Source: a virus
Taxonomy: Duplodnaviria; Heunggongvirae; Uroviricota; Caudoviricetes
Direction: 5' to 3' (one strand)
Length of the DNA stretch: 64,000 nt
Virus record (IMG/VR): IMGVR_UViG_3300008114_001632
The notes beneath the pieces are model-generated. The model searched no databases. It was given only the letters and a program-made list of their open reading frames with translations, and was not told where the DNA came from. Positions 26,590-37,017 of the stretch are shown one piece after another. Every line of letters begins with the position of its first letter. Position 1 is the first letter of the stretch. The position numbers and the translations under genes were made by a program.

Positions 26590-27156
26590 TTACCATTTTC
26601 TGCAAGACCAATAGCGTGCCTTAGTACGCGGTCCTGGATTATCACAATTATGTCTTGCTCTAAAGCTTCTACGTCTAGCTGGATTAGATTTCTTAATGGT
26701 CATGTTAGGATCACCAAAGTTAACTTTTTTAATGTTACCTGTGCCTGGATCTTTAACATATACCTTAAACTTTTTAACATCGCCCTGCATGGGCTTGCCC
26801 AACGAAACTTTACGACCTTGATATTCTGCTTCGTCTAGCTGATCTTCGTTGAACCACATTACACCGTACTCTATAAAGAAGTCGTCACCTTCGTAGGTTT
26901 CTTCAATAATGTTCTCATCTATATCTGAGCTTATTTCAATATCAAAATCGTCAAATCCTTGCTCAAACATGTAGTTGCTTAGGCGTTGTGCATATTCGTC
27001 TGATTCTTGTTCTGTAAGTGCTCTTGGTAGAGGTATTTGAAACACATGTGCGCCCTGCGCAGTTTCAAATAGTTCGTTACCTGGAAAGACAGATTCGTCT
27101 AAACTTTCAGTTAGACTATCGCTCTTTTCAAATATTACTCTTACAAAATGTTCCAT
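26590..27156 (-). CDS. acidic N-domain + basic C-terminal module, putative head protein
   Basis: LDE-AEYQGRKV...KKVNFG...RRRSFRARHNC...RYWSC; GTAAATA at 27181-27187. Confidence 0.75.
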   Translation of the reverse strand: MEHFVRVIFEKSDSLTESLDESVFPGNELFETAQGAHVFQIPLPRALTEQESDEYAQRLSNYMFEQGFDDFDIEISSDIDENIIEETYEGDDFFIEYGVMWFNEDQLDEAEYQGRKVSLGKPMQGDVKKFKVYVKDPGTGNIKKVNFGDPNMTIKKSNPARRRSFRARHNCDNPGPRTKARYWSCRKW

Positions 27157-27257
27157 ATATCAAACCTTAAATTTATCATGTATTTACTTTTTTACTTAAT
27201 CTCAAGTTCTTAGTGTAGACTAGCATAGATTATCTCTTTAGTACTATTTACCGTTCT

Positions 27258-30200
27258 TTAATCCCACGCTCCGCCCGTTTGTTGCCAAGCACCGTCTGTG
27301 AATATCAGTGTACAGAAAGCACTACTATCAACATATGAAGCGATGGCATCATTGAATATTCTAAATGGTAATAGCAGTCCGTTAGTTCCTGTACCACCAC
27401 CTATTCTGTAAGTAGCTACAGTAACACTTACGTTTGCGGGTGTTGCTCCGTTCTGTGGTACCAAGTACATGATCTGTCCTTCAACACCGTCTGCTAAAGA
27501 ATATATACCGTCTGTTAGTTTGTTGACAGTTTTAGTTAGATCCAGTGCTGTAACTGCTTGAATAACATCCGCAACTGATATATTTGCGGTGCTTCCTAAA
27601 GTTCCGCCTAGATCACCGGTATCTAATGTTCCAATAACGTCATTCACTGCGGTATTACCAGTTGTGTTAGTAACAGTATATGCGGCCGCGCCACCAGTGA
27701 CCACTACTGTAAATGTGACCGGTCCTCGAGTAAATGGTCCGTAGTTGCCATCTACAATAGCACCTATATATCCACTATCTGATAGAGAAGTTGCTGTTCC
27801 AGTGTTATAGGCAATCCCAGTCTTGGCCACTGTGCTGTTAACTACAGCACCTGGCAATGTTGTTTTACCATCTTGGCCAAATGTCCAATCGTGTGTAGAA
27901 GCGTTATCTCCAGTACTTCTAATTTTTACAGCCCCGCCATCTGTTCCTAATAATAAATTCCTAACTCCAGAACCTCTGTTGTCTGCCCAAACCATTGCTC
28001 CCGTCTCTCCGGATACAACATCATAAGTTTGAATAGTTAAAACTGGGCCGCCACTTTGTCCGCCTTCATAGAAATATATTCTAGGAGACCCTGTAGTTGC
28101 ATCTAAGTTTAAATCATTTCCGGTTATTGTTAAATCGTCATCAATAGTGATAGCATCGGAACCAGTACCAGTTGATGCTCCTATAGTTCTACCGCTAAAA
28201 GTAATATCGCCAGTATTTGCTCCGCCCAACACGCTTGTGCCATTACTATCAAGAATGTCGCCACCTGCCGGTAATGTTAACCCGCCTTCATTGTCAAAGG
28301 TCCAAACATTGTTGCCCGTGTTAGGAGTGGTAATTTGTATGTCACCGTTAACAGTTGTTCGCACATTGTGATCATCAGTGCCCAGGAAGATGCTGGTTTC
28401 AGCCAAGTCGCCTGTGGTCAAGTGTAGGTGATGCTCAAAATCAAATGTAGGTGCGTCAGGGTTAATCAATCCTGATTGAACACCTATAACTCCCGGACCG
28501 TAGTTGTCCTCTTCAGGTGACACACGAATAGTAAACTCATTGTCATCACTGTCTAGTGTAAAACTAAAATCGCCATTGCCAAACTCATTAACAGCCACTG
28601 TGCCTGATCCTGGATCTGATATGTTAGCATCCTCTGGGTAGATCCACCAGTAGAGCGTTTGATCAGCGTAGGTGTTTGAAGATATATAGAAAGTAAGAGT
28701 ATCACCAACTAGGGCGGTGTTATTACTGTAATTTATGCTTATACCGTTGTCGGTAAAATTATAGAGAGCACCGCCCTTGATCACCAACTTCTGGCTGGCC
28801 ACATCCGGGCTTGCTGGAGTAAGTTGGATTGTGGGATTGCTGGTAACATAGCCTTCAGTGATAGTACCACCTGCTGGCAATGTTAAAGTGCCAGTATTTT
28901 CCAAAGTAACTGTGTAGGCACCGTTGATTAAACTGTTGTCACCACCCACTGTGTACAGCGTGCCTATCAAGAAACCGCTGACCTCTGTTGTTAATTCTGC
29001 TGTTGTGACTGTGACTTCGCCTTCACCGTTGTCTGCGTCAAATTTTTGTGCGTCAACCACTGTGATGTCACTGGCTGAACTGTTGAGTACACCGCTGAAT
29101 GAAGCCGCTGTGAACGCCCAGTCGCCTACAGAGAACACATCTCCAGTGGCCGCGACCTGAACCACTGTGGCCCGAGGAGGCTCTTCTATTAGAAGACCAA
29201 ACCCGCCCGCAAGTACCACATAGTCCTGTTTGACTGCTATGTTACTGCCGCCGCCCTCGCCTGAAAAGATGTCGCCAGTAAATGACCAACCTGTGGTATT
29301 GTCTATGAGTCTTTGCCATTCCACGGTGCCATTAATGCCATATTTGGCTGCGACCCAGGTAAAAGCGTTGTTCACATCATTGTTGTTGCCAGTCATAGCT
29401 GACAAGTACAGTTTATCATCAGCGCCAACCACCACACTGACGCCAAATGTTTCACAGTTGCCTGTTACTCGTCTACTCCACTGTTTCACACCCGCGCTGT
29501 CCAGTTTCAGTATGCTGAGAGCACTGGTTGTTCCGCTTTCAAAACTATATTGATAACTGCCAGTAACATAGATGTTACCGTCGCTGTCAATGTCAGCATC
29601 TGCTCCACGGCAGTCAAAGCCCGCATCAAACTGTATGGCTTTTTGCCACTGTATTACTCCTGAACTGTTGTACTTGACCACAAGCATACGGTCGTCAGTG
29701 TCGTTAGCAGCCAAGGTGGCCACTTTGACGATCATATCATCTACACCAGTAACGCCGCCAAGGTCCTCACCCAACACAGTGACAATTACATCGTCCACTG
29801 ATCTGCCACCCGTAGTATCAACCACATTGGTAAATGTGGGAACACCGTCAGTGAAAGAGTAATTTGCTGTGATGCCATTCACAAAATTTATTGAACCGCC
29901 TACAGTCCATAGTGGATTGCTCGCTGGATCAACTGACAATGTCTCGGCCGCATACAGTACACCTAACTGAGTCATATAACCAACAGCCACTACTTCTCCT
30001 GTAGGACCCACTGCCATACCAAAGGCTTCTTCATTGCCTTGTCCATCCAGTGCTCTTGACCATATTATTGTGCCGTCTGCCGGATCAACTTTGGTAGTGG
30101 TGATATAATTGTCAGTGCCGTTGCTGGCATATCCCACCATGACTGGATTGCCGTCTGAGGCCACATCAACTACAGGACTGTCACTGACGAAGCCAAAGTC

Positions 30201-31796
30201 ATAGACCTTGCTCCACTCAAAGGTGCCATCAGCGGCGTCAAGTTTGGTCAGTGTGGATACATCATATCCCGATTCGTTTGATACCAGTGTTTTACCTGCC
30301 ACATATATTGAGTTGCTGTCATTGTCCACAGCCAAGCCCCAGCCGTCTGTTTGAAAACCATCCTCAAATCTTGCTGTCCATATCTTGGTACCTGTGGTGG
30401 TATACTTGCCCACTGAATAGTAACGACTGTTGTCATTGTCGTTAAAATGACTGAACAAGGCAATAACATTGCCCGCACTATCATATTCCACGCTGGATGC
30501 TATTGACACAATGTCTGTTGGGGCACCGTCCTCAGATTCAAATGTCTGTACCCAGATGTTGGCATCACCGCTTGACCCACCGCCTAATACTGACGCACCA
30601 GTGCTGTCTACAATGTCTCCACCCACAGGTAGTTGTAGTACACCGTCGCCCTTAAATAGCCAATCGTGATCTACTTCGTTGTTTGGATTGGATTGATCAA
30701 ATGTTCTAATAGTCAAACCACTCTTGTCTTCAGTTTGATCCCAGTTTAGTTTGATCTGTGCTCGTTCAACTTCTGTGTTTAGTTTAGGATCACCTGTGTA
30801 AGCACGGATAAGTTGTGTGTTACTGCTGCCTTGATTGACATTGATCCAACGCATACTAGTAGCTCCGTCAGCACAGTCTTGAATAAATCTACCACCAATA
30901 CCGTCGAGGCCTGTGGTAATATCTCCAGGAGCAGTTAGATCACCAGTCCGATCAAAGTTCCAAGTGTATGTACTACTGTCGTCATTGTCAATAGTGATGT
31001 TGATGTCGTTGTCGCCGGTAATACCACCTGGAATCTGTAAACTACCATCTTGGCCAAATGTCCAAGTCTTAGTTGTTACTACTGTACTAAATGTAACTGT
31101 GTCATAATAATCATGTCCCGCAGTAATATCTTGATCAACGTGGATTTGCCAATAGCCGTTATCTTGTTGGATATCTGTAATAGTGGCAGTTATGGGAGTT
31201 CCCCAGGATGTGGTTACAGTGTCGCCTATCTGAACAGTTGTACCTAAAGTAGGATATGCTTCATCACCAATAAACAATCTCCAAATGCCGCCTGGCGGCA
31301 CAAGTTCATCTACTGTAGCTACCTCGATGTTTCCTAATGAACCACCAACTACTTCAATCGATGCGTCGTTATTGTTTGCGATTGTATCTGCGTTGAACGT
31401 AAAGTTTCCAGTGTTAGCATTGCCACTAATGTCACTTGTAGCATCGCTGTCTTCTGGATCATCCTCTTCTTCTTCTGTGCCAGGATTAACGACTTTTGTA
31501 GCAACAAACTTACCGCCAACGTTAGTTAGTTTAATATCACCAATGTAGATAGAACCGTTAGAAACAAATAATTCTTTCCATTTAAAATCTGGACTACCTA
31601 GCGTATATCCTGTAGTACCGTCGCTGTCTACTGACGGTACAATATTTTGCGCAACAGCTGACAGATCGATATTTCCACCAATCCCGCCATTATATATTTC
31701 AGTAAAGTTTTCATTTACTTTTGAAAAAGCAGAGCGTATACTTTCGCCGTCTCCTGTTAATTCTCCTGAGCCCAAATTAATAGTTTTCTTAGCCAT
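27258..31796 (-). CDS. mosaic tail fibre / receptor-binding protein (1512 aa) with beta-propeller-like central region
   Basis: N-terminal INLG..GDGESIRSAF.KVNENF baseplate-attachment motif; recurring W-x-F-x2-[DG]G-x-L-x-LP-x-G linkers; G/T/D-rich. Confidence 0.75.
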   Translation of the reverse strand: MAKKTINLGSGELTGDGESIRSAFSKVNENFTEIYNGGIGGNIDLSAVAQNIVPSVDSDGTTGYTLGSPDFKWKELFVSNGSIYIGDIKLTNVGGKFVATKVVNPGTEEEEDDPEDSDATSDISGNANTGNFTFNADTIANNNDASIEVVGGSLGNIEVATVDELVPPGGIWRLFIGDEAYPTLGTTVQIGDTVTTSWGTPITATITDIQQDNGYWQIHVDQDITAGHDYYDTVTFSTVVTTKTWTFGQDGSLQIPGGITGDNDINITIDNDDSSTYTWNFDRTGDLTAPGDITTGLDGIGGRFIQDCADGATSMRWINVNQGSSNTQLIRAYTGDPKLNTEVERAQIKLNWDQTEDKSGLTIRTFDQSNPNNEVDHDWLFKGDGVLQLPVGGDIVDSTGASVLGGGSSGDANIWVQTFESEDGAPTDIVSIASSVEYDSAGNVIALFSHFNDNDNSRYYSVGKYTTTGTKIWTARFEDGFQTDGWGLAVDNDSNSIYVAGKTLVSNESGYDVSTLTKLDAADGTFEWSKVYDFGFVSDSPVVDVASDGNPVMVGYASNGTDNYITTTKVDPADGTIIWSRALDGQGNEEAFGMAVGPTGEVVAVGYMTQLGVLYAAETLSVDPASNPLWTVGGSINFVNGITANYSFTDGVPTFTNVVDTTGGRSVDDVIVTVLGEDLGGVTGVDDMIVKVATLAANDTDDRMLVVKYNSSGVIQWQKAIQFDAGFDCRGADADIDSDGNIYVTGSYQYSFESGTTSALSILKLDSAGVKQWSRRVTGNCETFGVSVVVGADDKLYLSAMTGNNNDVNNAFTWVAAKYGINGTVEWQRLIDNTTGWSFTGDIFSGEGGGSNIAVKQDYVVLAGGFGLLIEEPPRATVVQVAATGDVFSVGDWAFTAASFSGVLNSSASDITVVDAQKFDADNGEGEVTVTTAELTTEVSGFLIGTLYTVGGDNSLINGAYTVTLENTGTLTLPAGGTITEGYVTSNPTIQLTPASPDVASQKLVIKGGALYNFTDNGISINYSNNTALVGDTLTFYISSNTYADQTLYWWIYPEDANISDPGSGTVAVNEFGNGDFSFTLDSDDNEFTIRVSPEEDNYGPGVIGVQSGLINPDAPTFDFEHHLHLTTGDLAETSIFLGTDDHNVRTTVNGDIQITTPNTGNNVWTFDNEGGLTLPAGGDILDSNGTSVLGGANTGDITFSGRTIGASTGTGSDAITIDDDLTITGNDLNLDATTGSPRIYFYEGGQSGGPVLTIQTYDVVSGETGAMVWADNRGSGVRNLLLGTDGGAVKIRSTGDNASTHDWTFGQDGKTTLPGAVVNSTVAKTGIAYNTGTATSLSDSGYIGAIVDGNYGPFTRGPVTFTVVVTGGAAAYTVTNTTGNTAVNDVIGTLDTGDLGGTLGSTANISVADVIQAVTALDLTKTVNKLTDGIYSLADGVEGQIMYLVPQNGATPANVSVTVATYRIGGGTGTNGLLLPFRIFNDAIASYVDSSAFCTLIFTDGAWQQTGGAWD

Positions 31797-31805
31797 GCTC
31801 TACCC

Positions 31806-32213
31806 TTAATGATTTAATTTAATAGTATTAATTGTACCATCGGTCCAGTCAAATACTCGAGCACGTACCCAAACATAATTACCAATAAAATTGTAAGATT
31901 TTGAATTTGTTGTAGGACTTGTGTATTCTACAGATGTAATATTTTGTTCTGTAAGTAGTCCGGTAGTGTCAACACTCATAGCACCTGTGCCTAGTTCTAC
32001 AGTGAACCAATCTGATTCTACAGGATTTACTGCAAGAGTACCTTGAATAGATATCTTACCAATAAATCCTGCTATAGATACTTGGATAGTGTGCAAGCCG
32101 TCTGATCGGCTATAAAAGCCGTCGCCCTTGAACGGATTGCTGATAAGCGACTGTAACGAACTGTCGCCTATGTGTGTTTGTTGGGATAAAATGGTTTCTG
32201 AATTTGTGCTCAT
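31806..32213 (-). CDS. hypothetical virion-associated beta-rich protein
   Basis: start MSTNSET at 32213 preceded by GATAAATA at 32219-32226. Confidence 0.7.
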   Translation of the reverse strand: MSTNSETILSQQTHIGDSSLQSLISNPFKGDGFYSRSDGLHTIQVSIAGFIGKISIQGTLAVNPVESDWFTVELGTGAMSVDTTGLLTEQNITSVEYTSPTTNSKSYNFIGNYVWVRARVFDWTDGTINTIKLNH

Positions 32214-32217
32214 GTAA

Positions 32218-32886
32218 CTATTTATCAATATTACGCTTTGACACTATACGATCAACTCTGCGAATATTGTCCAGCATTAAGTTACATAGCTGGAGAGTAC
32301 GATCGTCTCGGGCATAAAAATACATGCCGTCAACGTACCCATTTTCTATCATTACTTCTTTAAGCACGGGGCCCAGTTTTATTTGCTTGGGATTTTTCTC
32401 AGCCCATAATGCAAAGTTTTCATTTCCACGCTTACGACCAAGGGTAACGCGGAACTGGAATGGTATTTCTTGTTCTACAATGATGGTGTTGGCATTAAGA
32501 ATATTAAGTGCTTCAGGACTTGGTTCCCAAAATTCTTCTAAGTTATATGCGCTTATATCTGCTTTTAGATTAGTTAACCATTTTCGATCGTTGCTGTAAA
32601 TGCATAGATTAGAACTTTCAACTCTAAGCATATAGTCATCAACATTGTTAAGATACTTATGTATCTTTTTTGCATCACGATAATGACTTTCTGTTATTAC
32701 ATCTTGACGTAGTGTTTTAGTAAGCATCAAAGGTCTACCAGCCTTATACTCTATGTCAAGTGAATCTAAGAATGATTTGGCCATTCTTAGATTCTTATTC
32801 CTAAATGCTCCTGCAAGTCGGTTGTTTATGACCAACTTGTAGAAGTATTTATTCCAAAAAAGTTTGTGTGTTTCACACTTTTTCAA
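32218..32886 (-). CDS. hypothetical protein
   Basis: 222-aa ORF directly downstream of clpA. Confidence 0.75.
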   Translation of the reverse strand: MKKCETHKLFWNKYFYKLVINNRLAGAFRNKNLRMAKSFLDSLDIEYKAGRPLMLTKTLRQDVITESHYRDAKKIHKYLNNVDDYMLRVESSNLCIYSNDRKWLTNLKADISAYNLEEFWEPSPEALNILNANTIIVEQEIPFQFRVTLGRKRGNENFALWAEKNPKQIKLGPVLKEVMIENGYVDGMYFYARDDRTLQLCNLMLDNIRRVDRIVSKRNIDK

Positions 32887-35110
32887 CTACTTGCTCCGTG
32901 ACACATTCGAGTACAAACTCGTTGTTTCTGAAGTCGATGTTTACTTTTCCACCATTCTTCAACTCGCCAAACAACAGCTTGCGAGCCAAAGGACGTTTAA
33001 TATCTTTGTCAATCACACGTTGTAGAGGACGAGCACCCATCTTTTTATCAAATCCACGATCTACTAGTGCATCAAGTGATTCGTTTGTGATTGAAATTTC
33101 AACATTTTTATCAGCTACTTGAGCCTTAAGTTCAACTAAGAACTTGCCAACAACCTTCATCATTACTTCTTTAGTCAGTTTACCAAATGTAATAATACCA
33201 TCTAATCGATTGCGGAACTCTGGACTAAAGAATTTCTTAAGCTCTTTGTCTTCGTATTCCTTGTCTTGACTGTCACCGAATCCTATATTATTCTTTTCAG
33301 CATCCTGTGCGCCCAAGTTAGTAGTTAAGATTAATACACAGTTACGTGCATCAGCTTCTTTACCATTTGATCCAGTTATACGACCGTTGTCCATAATCTG
33401 TAATAGGATTGTGGCTACATCAGGATGTGCTTTTTCAATCTCATCCAGCAACAGCACACAGTTAGGGTGTTCTTGTAATTTAGTAATTAGAATACCTGCG
33501 TTTTCTTCAAAGCCTACATAGCCTGGAGGTGAACCAATCAGTTTACTAACGCTGTGCTTTTCCTGATATTCACTCATGTCAAAGCGTACTAATTTTACAC
33601 CAAGCTGTCCAGCAAGTTGTTTAGCAGTTTCTGTTTTACCTGTACCAGTTGGACCCATGAATACAAAGCTACCAATTGGTTTGTTTTCTGGTTTTAGTCC
33701 AGCTTGTGCAACAAGAATCTTATCAACAATATTTTCAATCGCGTTATCTTGGCCGTATACTTCTGCTTTTAAATTCTTTTCTAGATTTTCTAGATTAGAA
33801 GTTTCTTTCTCCATAACCTGTTCTGGAGGAAGATTTACTACCTTAGCAAGTTCAAACTGTACTTCTTGTTCGCCTACGATTTTTTCTTTGACATCTTTTA
33901 GATTAAATCTAGAACACGCAAGATCGATCAAGTCAATAGCCTTATCTGGTAACTTCTTATCTGCTTGATACTTGACACTGAGCTTAACAGCAACTTCAAT
34001 CGCTTCGTCTGTGATAGTTACTTTGTGATGATCTTCGTAGTACTTCTTAATACCACGTAAGATGTCTTTGGTTACTTCTGGAGTAGGCTCGTCAACAGTA
34101 ACACGTTGGAATCTGCGCATCAACGCACGATCCTTTTCAAAGTACTTGCGATATTCTTCCCAAGTAGTACTTGCTACAACTTTGATGTTACCTTTGCTCA
34201 GTGCAGGCTTTAACATATTAGCAAGGTCATTAGCACTGTTGCCGCCACCTGCACCTGCACCGTTCATCATGTGAGCTTCGTCGATAAACATAATAGTTTT
34301 ACCTTTGCTCTTTAATCCTGACAGTACAAGTTTAAAACGTTCTTCAAAGTCACCGCGATACTTAGAACCTGCAAGCATACTACCAATGTCCAGCATGTAC
34401 ACAGAGTAATCTTTTAAAAACGCTGGCACAGTACCTTCAACGATATTGTATGCAAGACCTTCTGCAATAGCAGTCTTACCAACACCGGGCTCACCAACTA
34501 ACAGTACGTTGTTCTTACTGCGTCTACCCAAAGCAAGAGCAATACTTTCAAGTTCGTCTGCACGACCAATCAATGGATCAATGCGTTTCTTTTTAACTTC
34601 GTCGTTAAGGTTAGTCGTAAATTGTCTCAGTGCCTTTTGAGCAACACCTGACACTTCTTCATCTTGTGTTTCAACTTCTAATTCATTGTTGATATAATCA
34701 GCAAACTTTTCTTTTTCAATACCTGCTTTTTCTGCATAGTATGCGGCATGACTTTTCTTTTCAGACAGTATACTAAGCAATACATCGCTCAGTTGAATCT
34801 CAGATCGTCCAGCAAACAATACTTGTGTAAATGCTCTATTCAAACAGCGTTCAACTGACTGTGTTTTCTTTGGCTTATACTTTTCTGCTTCTGTTTTAAT
34901 TTCTTCTAGATTATTTTTAAGATAATATTCTAGATTAGTTTTGATATAATCAACATCAGCACTAGCACCTTTTACTAGATTGTAAAAGTTTTCAGAGCAC
35001 AACATTGCAAAAAGCAGATGCTCAAGGGTAACATATTCGTGCTTGAGTGCCTTAGCATCTTTAACAGCTTTATCAAAGACAAGTTGTAGTTCTTCTGATG
35101 GTTCAACCAT
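32873..35110 (-). CDS. clpA: ATP-dependent Clp protease ATP-binding subunit ClpA
   Basis: Clp N-domain (HEYVTLEHLL), Walker A GEPGVGKT and GPTGTGKT, GSKYRGDFEER, GSPPGYVG, IGF loop. Confidence 0.93.
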   Translation of the reverse strand: MVEPSEELQLVFDKAVKDAKALKHEYVTLEHLLFAMLCSENFYNLVKGASADVDYIKTNLEYYLKNNLEEIKTEAEKYKPKKTQSVERCLNRAFTQVLFAGRSEIQLSDVLLSILSEKKSHAAYYAEKAGIEKEKFADYINNELEVETQDEEVSGVAQKALRQFTTNLNDEVKKKRIDPLIGRADELESIALALGRRSKNNVLLVGEPGVGKTAIAEGLAYNIVEGTVPAFLKDYSVYMLDIGSMLAGSKYRGDFEERFKLVLSGLKSKGKTIMFIDEAHMMNGAGAGGGNSANDLANMLKPALSKGNIKVVASTTWEEYRKYFEKDRALMRRFQRVTVDEPTPEVTKDILRGIKKYYEDHHKVTITDEAIEVAVKLSVKYQADKKLPDKAIDLIDLACSRFNLKDVKEKIVGEQEVQFELAKVVNLPPEQVMEKETSNLENLEKNLKAEVYGQDNAIENIVDKILVAQAGLKPENKPIGSFVFMGPTGTGKTETAKQLAGQLGVKLVRFDMSEYQEKHSVSKLIGSPPGYVGFEENAGILITKLQEHPNCVLLLDEIEKAHPDVATILLQIMDNGRITGSNGKEADARNCVLILTTNLGAQDAEKNNIGFGDSQDKEYEDKELKKFFSPEFRNRLDGIITFGKLTKEVMMKVVGKFLVELKAQVADKNVEISITNESLDALVDRGFDKKMGARPLQRVIDKDIKRPLARKLLFGELKNGGKVNIDFRNNEFVLECVTEQVVEKV

Positions 35111-35612
35111 GTTGTGCAATCCTTTTTTCTATTTTAATTTGTTTTTTACGTGCTAAATCTAATTTTAGTTTCGATACTCTATCAACGAACTCAATCCCTT
35201 GAAGATGATCATATTCATGTAGGAAGCAACGAGCATCAATATCGTATAGTTCTATTGTACACTCTTTTGCGTCTGTGTCAAGGTACTTGGCCACCAACCC
35301 CCTAGGTCTTTTTACATTCAAGAACAGCAACGGATGACTCAGACATCCTTCTGGACTAGCATCTGTATCTTCTGTTACTCTAAGTATAACAGGATTAATA
35401 ACAGCGAACGGTTCTTTATTTTCTAGCAGATACGGTTTTATAACAAATATTTGAGCATCTAGTGCAACTTGATTAGCACTAAGGCCTATACCGCCTTCGG
35501 CAATCATTAGCTCAATCATTTCTTTTTCTATTTGTTTAGCATCCAGTGTTTCAAAATCAAAAGCAGATACTGCTTTATCTAGCCAAGGATCCGGTGATTT
35601 AACTAATTGCAT
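35103..35612 (-). CDS. def: peptide deformylase
   Basis: [22 protein letters not shown]. Confidence 0.95.
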   Translation of the reverse strand: MQLVKSPDPWLDKAVSAFDFETLDAKQIEKEMIELMIAEGGIGLSANQVALDAQIFVIKPYLLENKEPFAVINPVILRVTEDTDASPEGCLSHPLLFLNVKRPRGLVAKYLDTDAKECTIELYDIDARCFLHEYDHLQGIEFVDRVSKLKLDLARKKQIKIEKRIAQHG

Positions 35613-36393
35613 TTCTTATCTCTCTAATTTTGTTTAGCATATCTTCGTCGTCTATTTTAGGAATTTCTGCTTCGACTGTTAGGAAAATTTTTCCACGTCT
35701 GCCTGTGTGTACATTTGGTGCGCCATAGTCGCTGATACTAAATGTTATTCCGTTTCTTGATGCTTTAGGAATTTTTAATTCTAATTGACGACCTTCTACA
35801 GTATTTACTATTATACTACATCCTAAGATTAAGTCAAGAGCGTTGACATTCTGTTTAGCATACAAGTCATCATCTTCTCTACGCCAAACAGGATGTGCTA
35901 GTATTTGTATTTTTACAAAAAGATTGCCGCGTTGTCCCGGCATAATATCATCGCCTAGCCCGCTGAATCGAATAGTGTCTCCGTGTCTAGCACCGGGTGG
36001 TATATCAATATTTACAGTTTCTTCCCTACCTGATCTTAATCTATAGGCTGCTATTAATTTTTTACCAACAATTGAATCTACTAGATCTATTTTTGCTGCA
36101 ATAGTAATGTCTGGGTTACGTCTTGTTCGACCACCAAACATCTGTGACATCATGTCAGAGAATGGATCGTTATTAAAGTCACCGGCTCTAAATCTAACCT
36201 GTGGTTGAGGATTGTCGTATTGCGCTCGTTGAGCTGGATCGCCTAATACAGAATAGGCTTCGTTAATCTCTTTAAACTTAGCTTCGTCACCGCCTTTGTC
36301 AGGGTGATGTTGCATTGCAAGTTTTCGATATGCTCGCTTAATGTCATCTTGATTAGCAGATTTGGCAATGCCTAGTACAGAGTAATAATCCAT
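35599..36393 (-). CDS. dnaJ: DnaJ class II (CbpA-like) co-chaperone
   Basis: J-domain with HPD, DnaJ C-terminal domain, no Zn-finger repeats. Confidence 0.9.
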   Translation of the reverse strand: MDYYSVLGIAKSANQDDIKRAYRKLAMQHHPDKGGDEAKFKEINEAYSVLGDPAQRAQYDNPQPQVRFRAGDFNNDPFSDMMSQMFGGRTRRNPDITIAAKIDLVDSIVGKKLIAAYRLRSGREETVNIDIPPGARHGDTIRFSGLGDDIMPGQRGNLFVKIQILAHPVWRREDDDLYAKQNVNALDLILGCSIIVNTVEGRQLELKIPKASRNGITFSISDYGAPNVHTGRRGKIFLTVEAEIPKIDDEDMLNKIREIRNAIS

Positions 36394-36437
36394 ACTATTA
36401 TATATCGCAATAAATTATATTAAGAGCGTAGCTTGGA

Positions 36438-37013
36438 TTATACTGGGTCAGTAAATACCATTTGCTCGCCACGCATCATAATATTACTAACGCTTAAATC
36501 ATTTACTCCACTACCATTATTGATGATATTGGCAATAAGGGAGATAGCCGGGATCAACCCTTTGTTAGCCGCTGCATAGGCAGCTAGTCCAGGATAACTT
36601 TCTTTTATTATTCTTGAGATGGTTCTAGCACTACTAGTGGGCCGGTCAGCTTCAATAGTAACTTCATTTATTACATCCTCTAACTTATCCAAAATAGGTT
36701 TGACCGCGGCTGAGGCAGGCGTGAGTTTTTCCATACGTATTGCAAGTATGCCAGGAACAACTTTTACAGGCTTTGGGCTAATAAACTGTGGAATGAAAAG
36801 ATTCTGTTGATTAGATCGACAAGCAGCTAACCATTCCAAATAAGAAGTGTCGCTGGCTTTGAATGTTTTTAATACATAATCAAAGTCGGGGTGCCCCCAC
36901 ACAGTAGCGAAAGAACCACTGCCTAAAGCAGCAAAGCCTTTTTGTTGTAGAACATCTGTATAGGATGCTGTTGCCAAATCTTGCTTTACGCCGACTAATT
37001 CTGTTATTTTCAT
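36438..37013 (-). CDS. minimal protein-kinase-like fold protein
   Basis: GSGSFATVW Gly loop, VLK, IRMEKL hinge, DLSVSNIM catalytic loop, TDP. Confidence 0.7.
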   Translation of the reverse strand: MKITELVGVKQDLATASYTDVLQQKGFAALGSGSFATVWGHPDFDYVLKTFKASDTSYLEWLAACRSNQQNLFIPQFISPKPVKVVPGILAIRMEKLTPASAAVKPILDKLEDVINEVTIEADRPTSSARTISRIIKESYPGLAAYAAANKGLIPAISLIANIINNGSGVNDLSVSNIMMRGEQMVFTDPV

Positions 37014-37017
37014 TTAG

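Noticed and set aside
27258-31796. Diversity-generating retroelement target
   Set aside because: No reverse transcriptase and no TR/VR pair differing at adenines; repeats are short linkers
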